Positions 14,901-22,280 of a stretch of 64,000 nt of DNA are shown piece by piece. The stretch lies in IMG/VR virus record IMGVR_UViG_3300037232_000040; one strand, written 5' to 3'. Every line of letters starts with the position of its first letter. The stretch's first letter is position 1. Below the pieces are notes generated by a model, which did not search any database, was not told the DNA's origin, and saw only the letters and a program-made list of their open reading frames with translations. The DNA comes from a virus. Position numbers and translations under genes: made by a program.

Positions 14901-17173
14901 AAGGCCCCCGAGTCTCCAGGGAGCGAGACCGCGAAGGTGTGAGTGCTACGGCAGTAATTGATGTAGCCGTTGGCCTCGAAGTTAAAAACCGGGCAGCCGG
15001 TAGACCCCAGCTGGGTATAGAACTGCGGGTCACCAAAGAATGTTTCGCCATTCAAATTGGTGGCCCCATTGAATGTGGTAGGCCCGATGTTATGCGCGAA
15101 TTGCTCTGTCAGATCGTTCTGGGTGGTGTTGGTGTTGCCAAACTGCTCGAAGTAGCCCAGCACTCCCGCGTTGCTAATGCTGCCCACGCTGTTGTAGGAG
15201 AGGTTGTTGCCAATGATCGAAACGTTCTGATTGCTAGCATTGGCCAGTAGGATGCCGTAAGCCGTGGTGAACGAGTAGAGCTGGCCAATCTTGTTATTGA
15301 TGATGCCCAGTCCGTTGACCTGGTATGGTGTGACCGCGATGCCGTCATAGTTGGCGGCGGAGCGGTTGTTGTCGTAAATCTCGTTGCCGGTGATCAGATA
15401 GTTGGCATAATCGATGGCCACGCGATCAATGAGGATGCCATGGCCGCAGTTGGCGCGGATTTGCGTGGTGCTGAGGGTCAGCTGGTTGCCACCCGAGATG
15501 TGCATACCAGCGGCGGAGGGGGTCGAGCATCCCGACGGTCCATTGCCCGCTCCCGCAAACCACGAGTTTGAAATGTTGTAGGCGTAGCCGTGCGCTCCAG
15601 CGCCGTGATCAAGGCTCTGGTCCATGAGGAAGGCATCGCCGCCGGTCGAGGTATCACCAACCAACATATCGCCGAAGAAAGCGTTTCCCGGAGCTAGACC
15701 GCAGGAAACCTTGGAGCCTATCGGATAGCTGCCGGTGACCAGCGCCAGAACAATATGGGTGCCATCGGGAATCGAGACAACCGAGGTTTGGCTCACGGTA
15801 TTGGTGGTGGGGATGTAGAGTTCGGCGAACTGGGTGGCTTGGCACAGGTTGGCGTTGTCAACCGGGACCGAGACGTTGCTGCCGGAGTTGACTATCGCGG
15901 TAGTCGTCGCTTCGCTGATGGTGTTGCGCAGATCGAAGGCGTGCAGCCCAGCAAATGAAAAAGAAACGTCCACGAGGTTGATGCCGTTGGCTCCGGAGTC
16001 CAAGACCAAGCCCTCAGAGGTCAAGCCATAGGAGCCGCCGAAGCCATCGATTGAGTGCATATGGATGTCAATGGCGTGGTCGATCCAAAAGGCCTTGCCA
16101 GCATAGTTCTGTAGATAGATGTTGTTAAAAATGTCGAAATTCTGCTCGTTGCCGCGCGTGCCGGTGATGCGGAACAAGGTTGAGGTTGCCGAACCGCCAG
16201 TCGTGTACAAGTTGGTAAAGCTGTGGTACTGCGAGAACGTGGGGCCTTGCACCACGACGAGGCCCAGGGCTGAACTGCCCAGAGTGAAGCTCATGTCTCG
16301 TAGCATGGTGAAGCTGGTCGATGGCTGATTGAATAAATAGCTGGAACCGGTGTAATTGATGACCGTGTCCCAGCCGGAGCCTTCGATAGTCACGCCGGTG
16401 GCATAGTTTACGGTGGTGGCTGCGTTATAGGTGCCTGCCTGGGTGGTAATGCGGCAGTTAGTGTATCCCGCACAGCTGCCAATGGCGGTGTTAACAGCCG
16501 CTCCCCAATCGCCGGAATAGTACGTATTAGCGCTGACTTCCCACGGCGCTATAGAGACCTCTATTATCTGCCAATTAAGCGGGTGCGTATCAGGCTCTAA
16601 GTCCAAACTACTTGTTATAGCTGCATAGCTAACACTACCATAATCAACTAGGTCAGCCACATTATAGGTTGTACTACTATTCCACACACCACGTGGGTTA
16701 AGCGGCGGTCCCGGTGGCCCTGCAGCAAGCATAACCAATGGAGTTTGCGGATACTGATAGAGTGCAAAGTTACAAGTACCACCGCCGCACCAAGGATTAC
16801 TAGCAGGACCATCATGCACCGGCTGCACACACTTGTAGTAGCCCAGTTGTTGGTTGGTAGCTAGGTCCTTCCACGCAAACCGCTCGCACAAGTTCTGCGG
16901 AAACGTTAAATTACTATCAGCCACCATGCACCCACCAGCTATAGCACCGCTAGTAATTACGCAGCTCACACCACGCGAGTTTACCTGCCCACCACCGCCA
17001 ACCTGCGCATTGATTGGTTGGTCAGCGGCATTAGTGGGTACAATTGTGAGCATACCATGTGCCAACTGATTTCCATTGACATCCTGAATACCACCACCTG
17101 CAACAGCCACATACTGTGCATGGGACAGCGTGGTAAGCAGCACGAACAATGACAACAACGATAGTTTATGCAC
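11933..17173 (-). CDS. giant tail-fibre-like protein (1746 aa): signal-like N-terminus, CBM5/12-like motif, parallel beta-helix, SGNH/GDSL esterase domain
   Basis: GTG start with GGAGGG upstream. Starts MHKLSLLSLFVLLTTLSHAQ. WNSSTTYNVADLVDYGSVSYAA...PLNW is a carbohydrate-binding-like motif. NNRSAANYDGIAVTPYQVNGLGIINNKIG is a PbH1-like repeat. GDS box IACIGDSITSG is at 14040-14048 and DGVH box YLDGVHLSDEG at 12977-12988. Confidence 0.75.
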   Translation of the reverse strand: MHKLSLLSLFVLLTTLSHAQYVAVAGGGIQDVNGNQLAHGMLTIVPTNAADQPINAQVGGGGQVNSRGVSCVITSGAIAGGCMVADSNLTFPQNLCERFAWKDLATNQQLGYYKCVQPVHDGPASNPWCGGGTCNFALYQYPQTPLVMLAAGPPGPPLNPRGVWNSSTTYNVADLVDYGSVSYAAITSSLDLEPDTHPLNWQIIEVSIAPWEVSANTYYSGDWGAAVNTAIGSCAGYTNCRITTQAGTYNAATTVNYATGVTIEGSGWDTVINYTGSSYLFNQPSTSFTMLRDMSFTLGSSALGLVVVQGPTFSQYHSFTNLYTTGGSATSTLFRITGTRGNEQNFDIFNNIYLQNYAGKAFWIDHAIDIHMHSIDGFGGSYGLTSEGLVLDSGANGINLVDVSFSFAGLHAFDLRNTISEATTTAIVNSGSNVSVPVDNANLCQATQFAELYIPTTNTVSQTSVVSIPDGTHIVLALVTGSYPIGSKVSCGLAPGNAFFGDMLVGDTSTGGDAFLMDQSLDHGAGAHGYAYNISNSWFAGAGNGPSGCSTPSAAGMHISGGNQLTLSTTQIRANCGHGILIDRVAIDYANYLITGNEIYDNNRSAANYDGIAVTPYQVNGLGIINNKIGQLYSFTTAYGILLANASNQNVSIIGNNLSYNSVGSISNAGVLGYFEQFGNTNTTQNDLTEQFAHNIGPTTFNGATNLNGETFFGDPQFYTQLGSTGCPVFNFEANGYINYCRSTHTFAVSLPGDSGALYVNPAGTQIANSLVVGTGFSVNSTGALAVTSFTCSGSPCPGGSSSMIYPSAGVACSTGSAWCSSSYALGVAADDLVQLDGSAHLPAVNASALTALNPANLSGAVGAPLGGTGTVSPSAHEVPIAEGASAFNFVALGTDQYLAGVGSSDPIAGQFVNCGDATHACGYSTSTHIWSNVALSTGGLGSQAAYTVLANNTSSPAVPTAVNTFFSLNTGDVSSPGTGWSWFNTALGHSRVYDGTSNQSETELAELAVHSEYAAAFAFGQNALSEIRGTPATGQQPQNVIACIGDSITSGANDGKSWCTVMAGILHEMYGNAGPGWVSAQAAGQVGFTGWDGNVHNPAPDGCSASVINASHWTQETNGTGNSIYSPDDTEISDATSGDTLTITCPNVSGSSANGGGFVIYYPTCVSGCGSFSYGIDANASQGTINETTGTAGWATQLVATLDGTNPIPEGSHSLKLTTTTATRTYFLGADAQDQVAALSNGYGVRVEKLASDSETAAMRNLNTGFGAQLWNTSNCQGTTPASTNFCANSFLVSYSTNERNTGVSPATAQGTWTTLHNTLAAANPNSDEGWISQQDNNQTCLGTCAYTTQAYSNAVLDSTTAWMATTPARPISFFNVNDLIGNETVGNNRYLYLDGVHLSDEGKQFVGEQITQNIVRTYPHLHARRRLGKGLTTIDGINASSAPTLFELAKEGPAGWTTAATGDTAIPLNVCVDMCKLGATGEFSVAGNTPLYMDGASVVGHYIVASTTTSGYGHDSGYTVNSPPPPPGSGCLEYLGIVTTAASGAGQIGDFNASNPFRPCASIVGATSPITISSGLVQLNNSSGTGVTNVPDIQYAPADTIVTTTSGMSTGCISTINIIKPTAATHYACKFDVSQTVASAGCTTQATIANQLNWIDNFSGLTVSGNNNIIMANSTLGSTSLANANLTSVGTTLTIAEVWRDLGAGRIYDAANGQVSYCTNVVTPPVGCSTYPVFEVAVTCTQDR
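15327..15355. repeat. 29-bp exact repeat (partner at 43159..43187)
   Basis: ggtgtgaccgcgatgccgtcatagttggc is read identically at both loci in the same orientation. Confidence 0.9.
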
Positions 17174-17207
17174 TTCTCAACCCTCCGCCAGCCTGTGCTT
17201 TGCACAC

Positions 17208-20200
17208 TTATGGTTTCCTCGTGTTGTGGCTATACACACGTTTGCTACCTGCCTTGCCGCAGGCAAATGTGCGACCGCCTATGCTAATCCTGCCTACCCA
17301 GCGTTTACCTATGCGTATTGCCTGCATAGCTGTGGATAACTCTGTAGGTGTACTAGGTCCACTGTCCGTCCATGCTTGCTTACCAGCCATGCCAAACGCG
17401 TACACAGTTTCACCGGTAGGCAGCTCAAACGGTGTAGATTCACTGCCTTCCCACACTGCGCCGTTACTAAACACAAGCCGCACACAAGGTTCTAGCGAAA
17501 CCCCGGTGGCTTCAACTTGCGCCGCGTACACTTCTCCTGTGACAGTATTAACGCAGTCAAGCCAAGTACCAGCAACTACGGCTCCGATGCAGGTATGCTC
17601 ATCCAACATCATGCCCATTGCAGGACAGCCACCACCACCTATCCCACCGCCGCCGCCACCTTGTCCACCGCTACCGCTAGCATCGACTGTAAATACATAC
17701 CCTAAACAAATATGCCCGTTATATACGGCTTGTGTCATGGCCGCGTAGCTAGTGAGCAGGTAAGCGTAGGCTGTACCGTAGAATCCAGGGTCCCACATAA
17801 CATAGTATCCTGTAGCTAGCGCCTGACCAGGAAAAGTAAAAGGCCCTATGTTCGTTACAGTGCCGTCACTTTTATTTATTTCAATAGGGTCACTGATACC
17901 TGATGGGCCATAAGCGCGTACTGTAGCTGCCGTAAACGGCGGGCCACCGGTACCTATGGAGTCCACAGTAGCATCGTTGCCAACAAATTGCCCGAAGTTG
18001 TTGTACGAACCGTTAAACACGAAGGTGTACGCAGTTACGTTGGCAATGTCTTGCTCTTGCGTACCTAGTTCATTAAATGACGTAAACTTAAATGACATTG
18101 TACTCCCAACAAGCGTAGGGTCTACGGGCAGTACAAATATGGCTTGGTCAAGTCGCAGAAAATTGCTGGACGCAGGGAACGACTCTATAGGACTACCAAA
18201 TACTCCACGACGCAACAGTGTTCCCAGTTGATATTGTTGAGGTCCTAGCAGCGTGGCGGTCTGATATGAAATTAGCTCTACTGCACCACTCGGTGTGCGG
18301 AAGAGGCACAACGTACGGTAGTTGTTACAATCGCTGGCTGTACCGCTCAGCAGTACGCCACCTATGTCTTGCAGTTGCACATCAACCGAATGGGTGGTAT
18401 CAGGGTCACTGCTAGCGGGCAGCACCGTAGTAGTGTAGCCCATGCGCGCAGCACCGTATATGCGGCCAACCTGCTTATAGGTTACTCCGTCTACGGCCAT
18501 CCAAACAGTAGCACCTGCCCACGTAGTCAATTGCCCACAGATACCAATCCACACTTCGTACTCACCGGGGTTAAGTGCTAGCCTATCATTGGCTTCAAAG
18601 ATAATGGGCGGCAAAACATTTCCGGGGTCAGCATTGCCATTGGGCTGATAGCCGCTGCCCGACTGTACGGGCTGACCAGTAGGGCTGGAGCTACCGAATA
18701 TAAACTGGTAAGCCTCGAACTCATAAGTGCCATCTTCTTTTTCTGTGACTGAAGAAATTCGCACTGGGGTGTTAACCAAACCAAGCACAGAGTCATTCAG
18801 AGCGATTACGTCCATAGGTTCAATTCTGCAGTACTGCAAACCCAGCGTAAACTTGAACGTCTGGTTCAAATATACGTTCTGCTTAGCATATGTATCGGCC
18901 ACTAGCTGTGCAACTGCAGCGCTGGTAATAGGGTGCATTGTTCTAACATCGTCCCGCTTTTCACCGAACACATTTATGTTAGCTTCGTTCTTAACTTCCA
19001 CGGTGGAAACATTGTAGTCGTTAGAACGGTCTATGTACTCTACGGCCACCACATTCATAGCGTCTGCAGGGTCTTTTACGGCCACCTGTACCGGTGCTGT
19101 GGTGCCTGTCCGTATATAGTCGTTGTCGCACACGAAGTACTTAGGGTAGGTATCCGGTACGAACACGTAGCCGTTGCCCGCAACCGTCTTCTCACCGGCT
19201 GGAACAAACTTTAGCTTACCCTCGCTCCAAAATGCGGCCGTATTAACTATGTCCAGTATAGTTTGTAGTTGGTTGGCGTGTGTGTCCTGCGAATCAAATA
19301 CTGGAGATAGCAAAATGCCGTTGGCGTAGCAGTAATTCTGCATGGCCGACATATCGCCTATGTACGAAGGGTTAAAGCTAGCTCCATAATATACGCTGGT
19401 AAGCATATCATAAATTATGAAGCTAGGGTCAGCGTCCAACAACCCACCACCAGTAACACCTATACCCAAAACCTCCCAATTTAGATTAGGTAGTTCCCCG
19501 GAGCTGCCTAGATCAAAGTCTGAATTAGCAAGGTAAGCAATACCGGTATAACCTAGCGCCTGCGTAGGGTGCGCACTGGTCAGGTAGCTCCAAGGAGTTT
19601 GCGGCCGGGCACCATTAAAGTCAGTCATAAATACTTCGCTGGGCGGTAGTGCAGCAGTTACAGCGGTCACGTACTTATACTGCACTGAAATTTGTTTGCC
19701 CGCATCAGCACCTGAAAAGTAGTATACCCAAGGGCTACTAGGTGACATGGAGTATTGGCCAGCTAAAATAGGATCACCGTAAGCCACAGGCTGCATGGGT
19801 GTGGTCATAAAACCAGAAAGGGTAACTGGGCCATCAGAGCCATAGTCGTCAGCCACCACGTAGTAACTATCAACACGACCACAACCAATGTTGCCATAGT
19901 ACAGCGGTGCATTGTATACCGGGCTGTAGCTACCCCCACCACCGGGTACAGTATAGGTCTCGTTAGCATCCACGAGTTCTGCCACACCTGAAGTATCCCA
20001 CACGTTAGCAAAGTAAGCGATTGGCCCTTCACAGGCACCCATGGCCACAGCTGCAGTATAGGTGTATGAAGTAGTTTTAGTGGTGCCCCCTCCGAATCCT
20101 TTGCCACCTGATGCCTGCTGTGAAGTGTGCGCAATGGTGGTAAAGTCGCCATACCACATTATAAATGAGGCTACCCGGCTAGTTCCGTATACCACAGGTA

Positions 20201-20300
20201 TAGCTTGTCCGTAGTTGCTGGCGGTTACACGTAAAGTAACCAGCGCTGACGGTGTTTGTGCTGCCACAGAGTTGCTAGAACTGCTACCGAATAAGCCCAT
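17208..20300 (-). CDS. host-specificity / central tail protein (gpJ- and GTA gp15-like) with C-terminal Hint domain
   Basis: N-terminus SNYGQAIPVVYGTSRVASFIMWYGDF is typical of the Phage-tail_3 / GTA ORFg15 family. It sits directly after the NlpC/P60 gene. The C-terminal 135 aa are intein-like (see findings). Confidence 0.8.
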   Translation of the reverse strand: MGLFGSSSSNSVAAQTPSALVTLRVTASNYGQAIPVVYGTSRVASFIMWYGDFTTIAHTSQQASGGKGFGGGTTKTTSYTYTAAVAMGACEGPIAYFANVWDTSGVAELVDANETYTVPGGGGSYSPVYNAPLYYGNIGCGRVDSYYVVADDYGSDGPVTLSGFMTTPMQPVAYGDPILAGQYSMSPSSPWVYYFSGADAGKQISVQYKYVTAVTAALPPSEVFMTDFNGARPQTPWSYLTSAHPTQALGYTGIAYLANSDFDLGSSGELPNLNWEVLGIGVTGGGLLDADPSFIIYDMLTSVYYGASFNPSYIGDMSAMQNYCYANGILLSPVFDSQDTHANQLQTILDIVNTAAFWSEGKLKFVPAGEKTVAGNGYVFVPDTYPKYFVCDNDYIRTGTTAPVQVAVKDPADAMNVVAVEYIDRSNDYNVSTVEVKNEANINVFGEKRDDVRTMHPITSAAVAQLVADTYAKQNVYLNQTFKFTLGLQYCRIEPMDVIALNDSVLGLVNTPVRISSVTEKEDGTYEFEAYQFIFGSSSPTGQPVQSGSGYQPNGNADPGNVLPPIIFEANDRLALNPGEYEVWIGICGQLTTWAGATVWMAVDGVTYKQVGRIYGAARMGYTTTVLPASSDPDTTHSVDVQLQDIGGVLLSGTASDCNNYRTLCLFRTPSGAVELISYQTATLLGPQQYQLGTLLRRGVFGSPIESFPASSNFLRLDQAIFVLPVDPTLVGSTMSFKFTSFNELGTQEQDIANVTAYTFVFNGSYNNFGQFVGNDATVDSIGTGGPPFTAATVRAYGPSGISDPIEINKSDGTVTNIGPFTFPGQALATGYYVMWDPGFYGTAYAYLLTSYAAMTQAVYNGHICLGYVFTVDASGSGGQGGGGGGIGGGGCPAMGMMLDEHTCIGAVVAGTWLDCVNTVTGEVYAAQVEATGVSLEPCVRLVFSNGAVWEGSESTPFELPTGETVYAFGMAGKQAWTDSGPSTPTELSTAMQAIRIGKRWVGRISIGGRTFACGKAGSKRVYSHNTRKP

Positions 20301-20758
20301 TACTGCTCCTTAAGTTTGAACAACTTTCTTTCTAGCCAGCGCAGTTCCCTACTTAGATCGCAGTACACAACCCCGCGTCCTTTAGTAGCGTGGATAACCA
20401 TGGGGTATTCTACGACAATAGCGCCGTGTGAATACGGATGTTCTATAACATTTCCACCGCTCTTAAAAGCCGGTGCGGTGCGGAACATCATAAAATCAGC
20501 CGGTAGAGGCACGTCCTGTATTTCTTCAGCATACTGCAGCACAAACTCTAGGTACAACTCCCTAGTATGGTGTAAATGCCATTGCGCCGCGTACTGGGGG
20601 GCTGCTGCGCTATCCAGCATATTGCAGGCTTGGTACACAGCCAATGGGAACATGGCACAGTCCGCACCGCAGCCCTTTACAGCCTGCCTATCTTGGTAGG
20701 GTGTACCCAACCAAGTTTTAGCTTCAGTCACTACTGCTGCACGCTGTTCGTCATTCAT
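20300..20758 (-). CDS. NlpC/P60-family phage cell-wall peptidase (GTA gp14-like)
   Basis: AKTWLGTPYQDRQAVKGCGADCAMFPLAVY contains the NlpC/P60 Cys box. Confidence 0.8.
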   Translation of the reverse strand: MNDEQRAAVVTEAKTWLGTPYQDRQAVKGCGADCAMFPLAVYQACNMLDSAAAPQYAAQWHLHHTRELYLEFVLQYAEEIQDVPLPADFMMFRTAPAFKSGGNVIEHPYSHGAIVVEYPMVIHATKGRGVVYCDLSRELRWLERKLFKLKEQ

Positions 20759-20761
20759 AGC

Positions 20762-21637
20762 TTAGTATGCCGTTTCTGGTGCTGGTACATAAGGCAGCCC
20801 GCTAAAGTTAATCAAGTTGTTGAACTTAGCGCTGCAGGTGGCCTGCGTCTTATCACAGCCGGGGTAGGCAGTAAACGTGTCCCCGCCATTAGGCGCGAAC
20901 AACATAGGCACGGCCATGTATATAAATTCATTTACGTAATTGTCCACATAGTAAGTGAGCCCGACATTGGGGCCAGAAGTAAACACTACCTGCCCTTGGT
21001 TGAAATACCCGTCCGGGTTACTTAGCGTAGAAGCAATCTTGTTCTGCGTAGACCCGGCTACCACGGTAGCACTGACTGCGAAGCTAGACTGGTGAAGTGT
21101 ACAACCGGGGCTAAACAAAGTCCAACGGCAGCCCGGCTGGATTATATTGCGTGGAAACTGTTGGTCAAACAATATGGTCAGAGCTTTGCACACCACCACG
21201 GCATGTACGCGGTCAACACTGGTTACATTGCCCAGCACACCTGTAAACACATTGATAGTGCCGTAGGCTGTGCCGCCATTGCCGGGATCCTGCATAAACA
21301 GCTTGTCAACAACTATACTAGCCTGTTGCCACACGCCTACACGTATGCTCTGCAGTAAAGGAATAGTGCCTATCAACACAGGTGGTAGTTCAGACGGGGC
21401 GTCACCTATGGTCATATCCAGGGTAGCCACTTCAAACCCTAGCTTAGTAGAAGCCTTGCCGCGCTTAAAATAGGGCGGCCCCGGTAAATAGACATTACCG
21501 TTGTAAGTTATGGGACCATCGTAGCTGGTAGCTCTAATCACCATACCGCTGGGCAGCGTTACGGTAATTAAATCGGCTACGTTGGCCTCTGTCAGTGTGG
21601 GTAAAGCTGCAATCAATGCTGGTGGAGCGTATTTCAT
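20762..21637 (-). CDS. BR0599/DUF2163-like tail protein (GTA gp13-like)
   Basis: C-terminal CDKTQATCSAKFNNLINFSGLPYVP is the BR0599 C-terminal signature. Confidence 0.75.
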   Translation of the reverse strand: MKYAPPALIAALPTLTEANVADLITVTLPSGMVIRATSYDGPITYNGNVYLPGPPYFKRGKASTKLGFEVATLDMTIGDAPSELPPVLIGTIPLLQSIRVGVWQQASIVVDKLFMQDPGNGGTAYGTINVFTGVLGNVTSVDRVHAVVVCKALTILFDQQFPRNIIQPGCRWTLFSPGCTLHQSSFAVSATVVAGSTQNKIASTLSNPDGYFNQGQVVFTSGPNVGLTYYVDNYVNEFIYMAVPMLFAPNGGDTFTAYPGCDKTQATCSAKFNNLINFSGLPYVPAPETAY

Positions 21638-22275
21638 AGGCGCACCGTCATAAGCTCAACTTTGTTGCACTTCCAGATAAGGTACATGAACTCGCTGAAC
21701 TGCAAGCTATCTTTGGTAAACCTGCAGCGGTATGCCCATGTAAAGTCAGCGCTTATAGCCGCGCCAAGGGCAGGGGGAGTAGAGAAAACTATAATGCCAG
21801 TTGTGCCCAGTGTGAAGGCCGTAGTGGGCACACCACCCACATATACCGTAGGTGTGCCCTGCGGATTCTGTACTATGTCCAATATGCCATATACGGTCTG
21901 CACCATTTGAAACGCAGTAGTAGTACCGTCGCCCACACCCAGCAGCTGCCCCTGCACGCTGCTATCAGCAGGTACTAGGGTTAGCAGCGAAGGCTGCAGT
22001 AGAAACGATGTAAATGAACCACGACACTGCCCGAAGAACTGCATCAATGCCGTGCGCTCCGTAAATCCGGTAGGTGCACCGCTGGCGTCTGAGGTCTGCA
22101 CATAATCTCGTAAGTAACTGTAGACTAAGGAAAGTGACCAGGTAGGGTACAGCTGACTACTTTGCCTTGTCTCACGGCCATTCTCAGATTCTTGGATTAT
22201 AGTGCGGTACTGCGGCATCCAACCTATATTCCAAGTAAGTCCGGGCAACTGAGGAAACCACAGTGGTGTCGGCAT
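21634..22275 (-). CDS. DUF2460-like distal tail protein (GTA gp12-like)
   Basis: N-terminus FPQLPGLTWNIGWMPQYRTIIQESENGRETRQ, plus position between tape measure and the BR0599-like gene. Confidence 0.6.
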   Translation of the reverse strand: MPTPLWFPQLPGLTWNIGWMPQYRTIIQESENGRETRQSSQLYPTWSLSLVYSYLRDYVQTSDASGAPTGFTERTALMQFFGQCRGSFTSFLLQPSLLTLVPADSSVQGQLLGVGDGTTTAFQMVQTVYGILDIVQNPQGTPTVYVGGVPTTAFTLGTTGIIVFSTPPALGAAISADFTWAYRCRFTKDSLQFSEFMYLIWKCNKVELMTVRL

Positions 22276-22280
22276 ATAGG

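Noticed and set aside
15327-15355. Diversity-generating retroelement (template/variable repeat pair) explanation for the 29-bp match
   Set aside because: No reverse transcriptase gene (no YxDD-type ORF) is present in the window. The match is short and perfect rather than ~100+ bp with adenine-specific mismatches.
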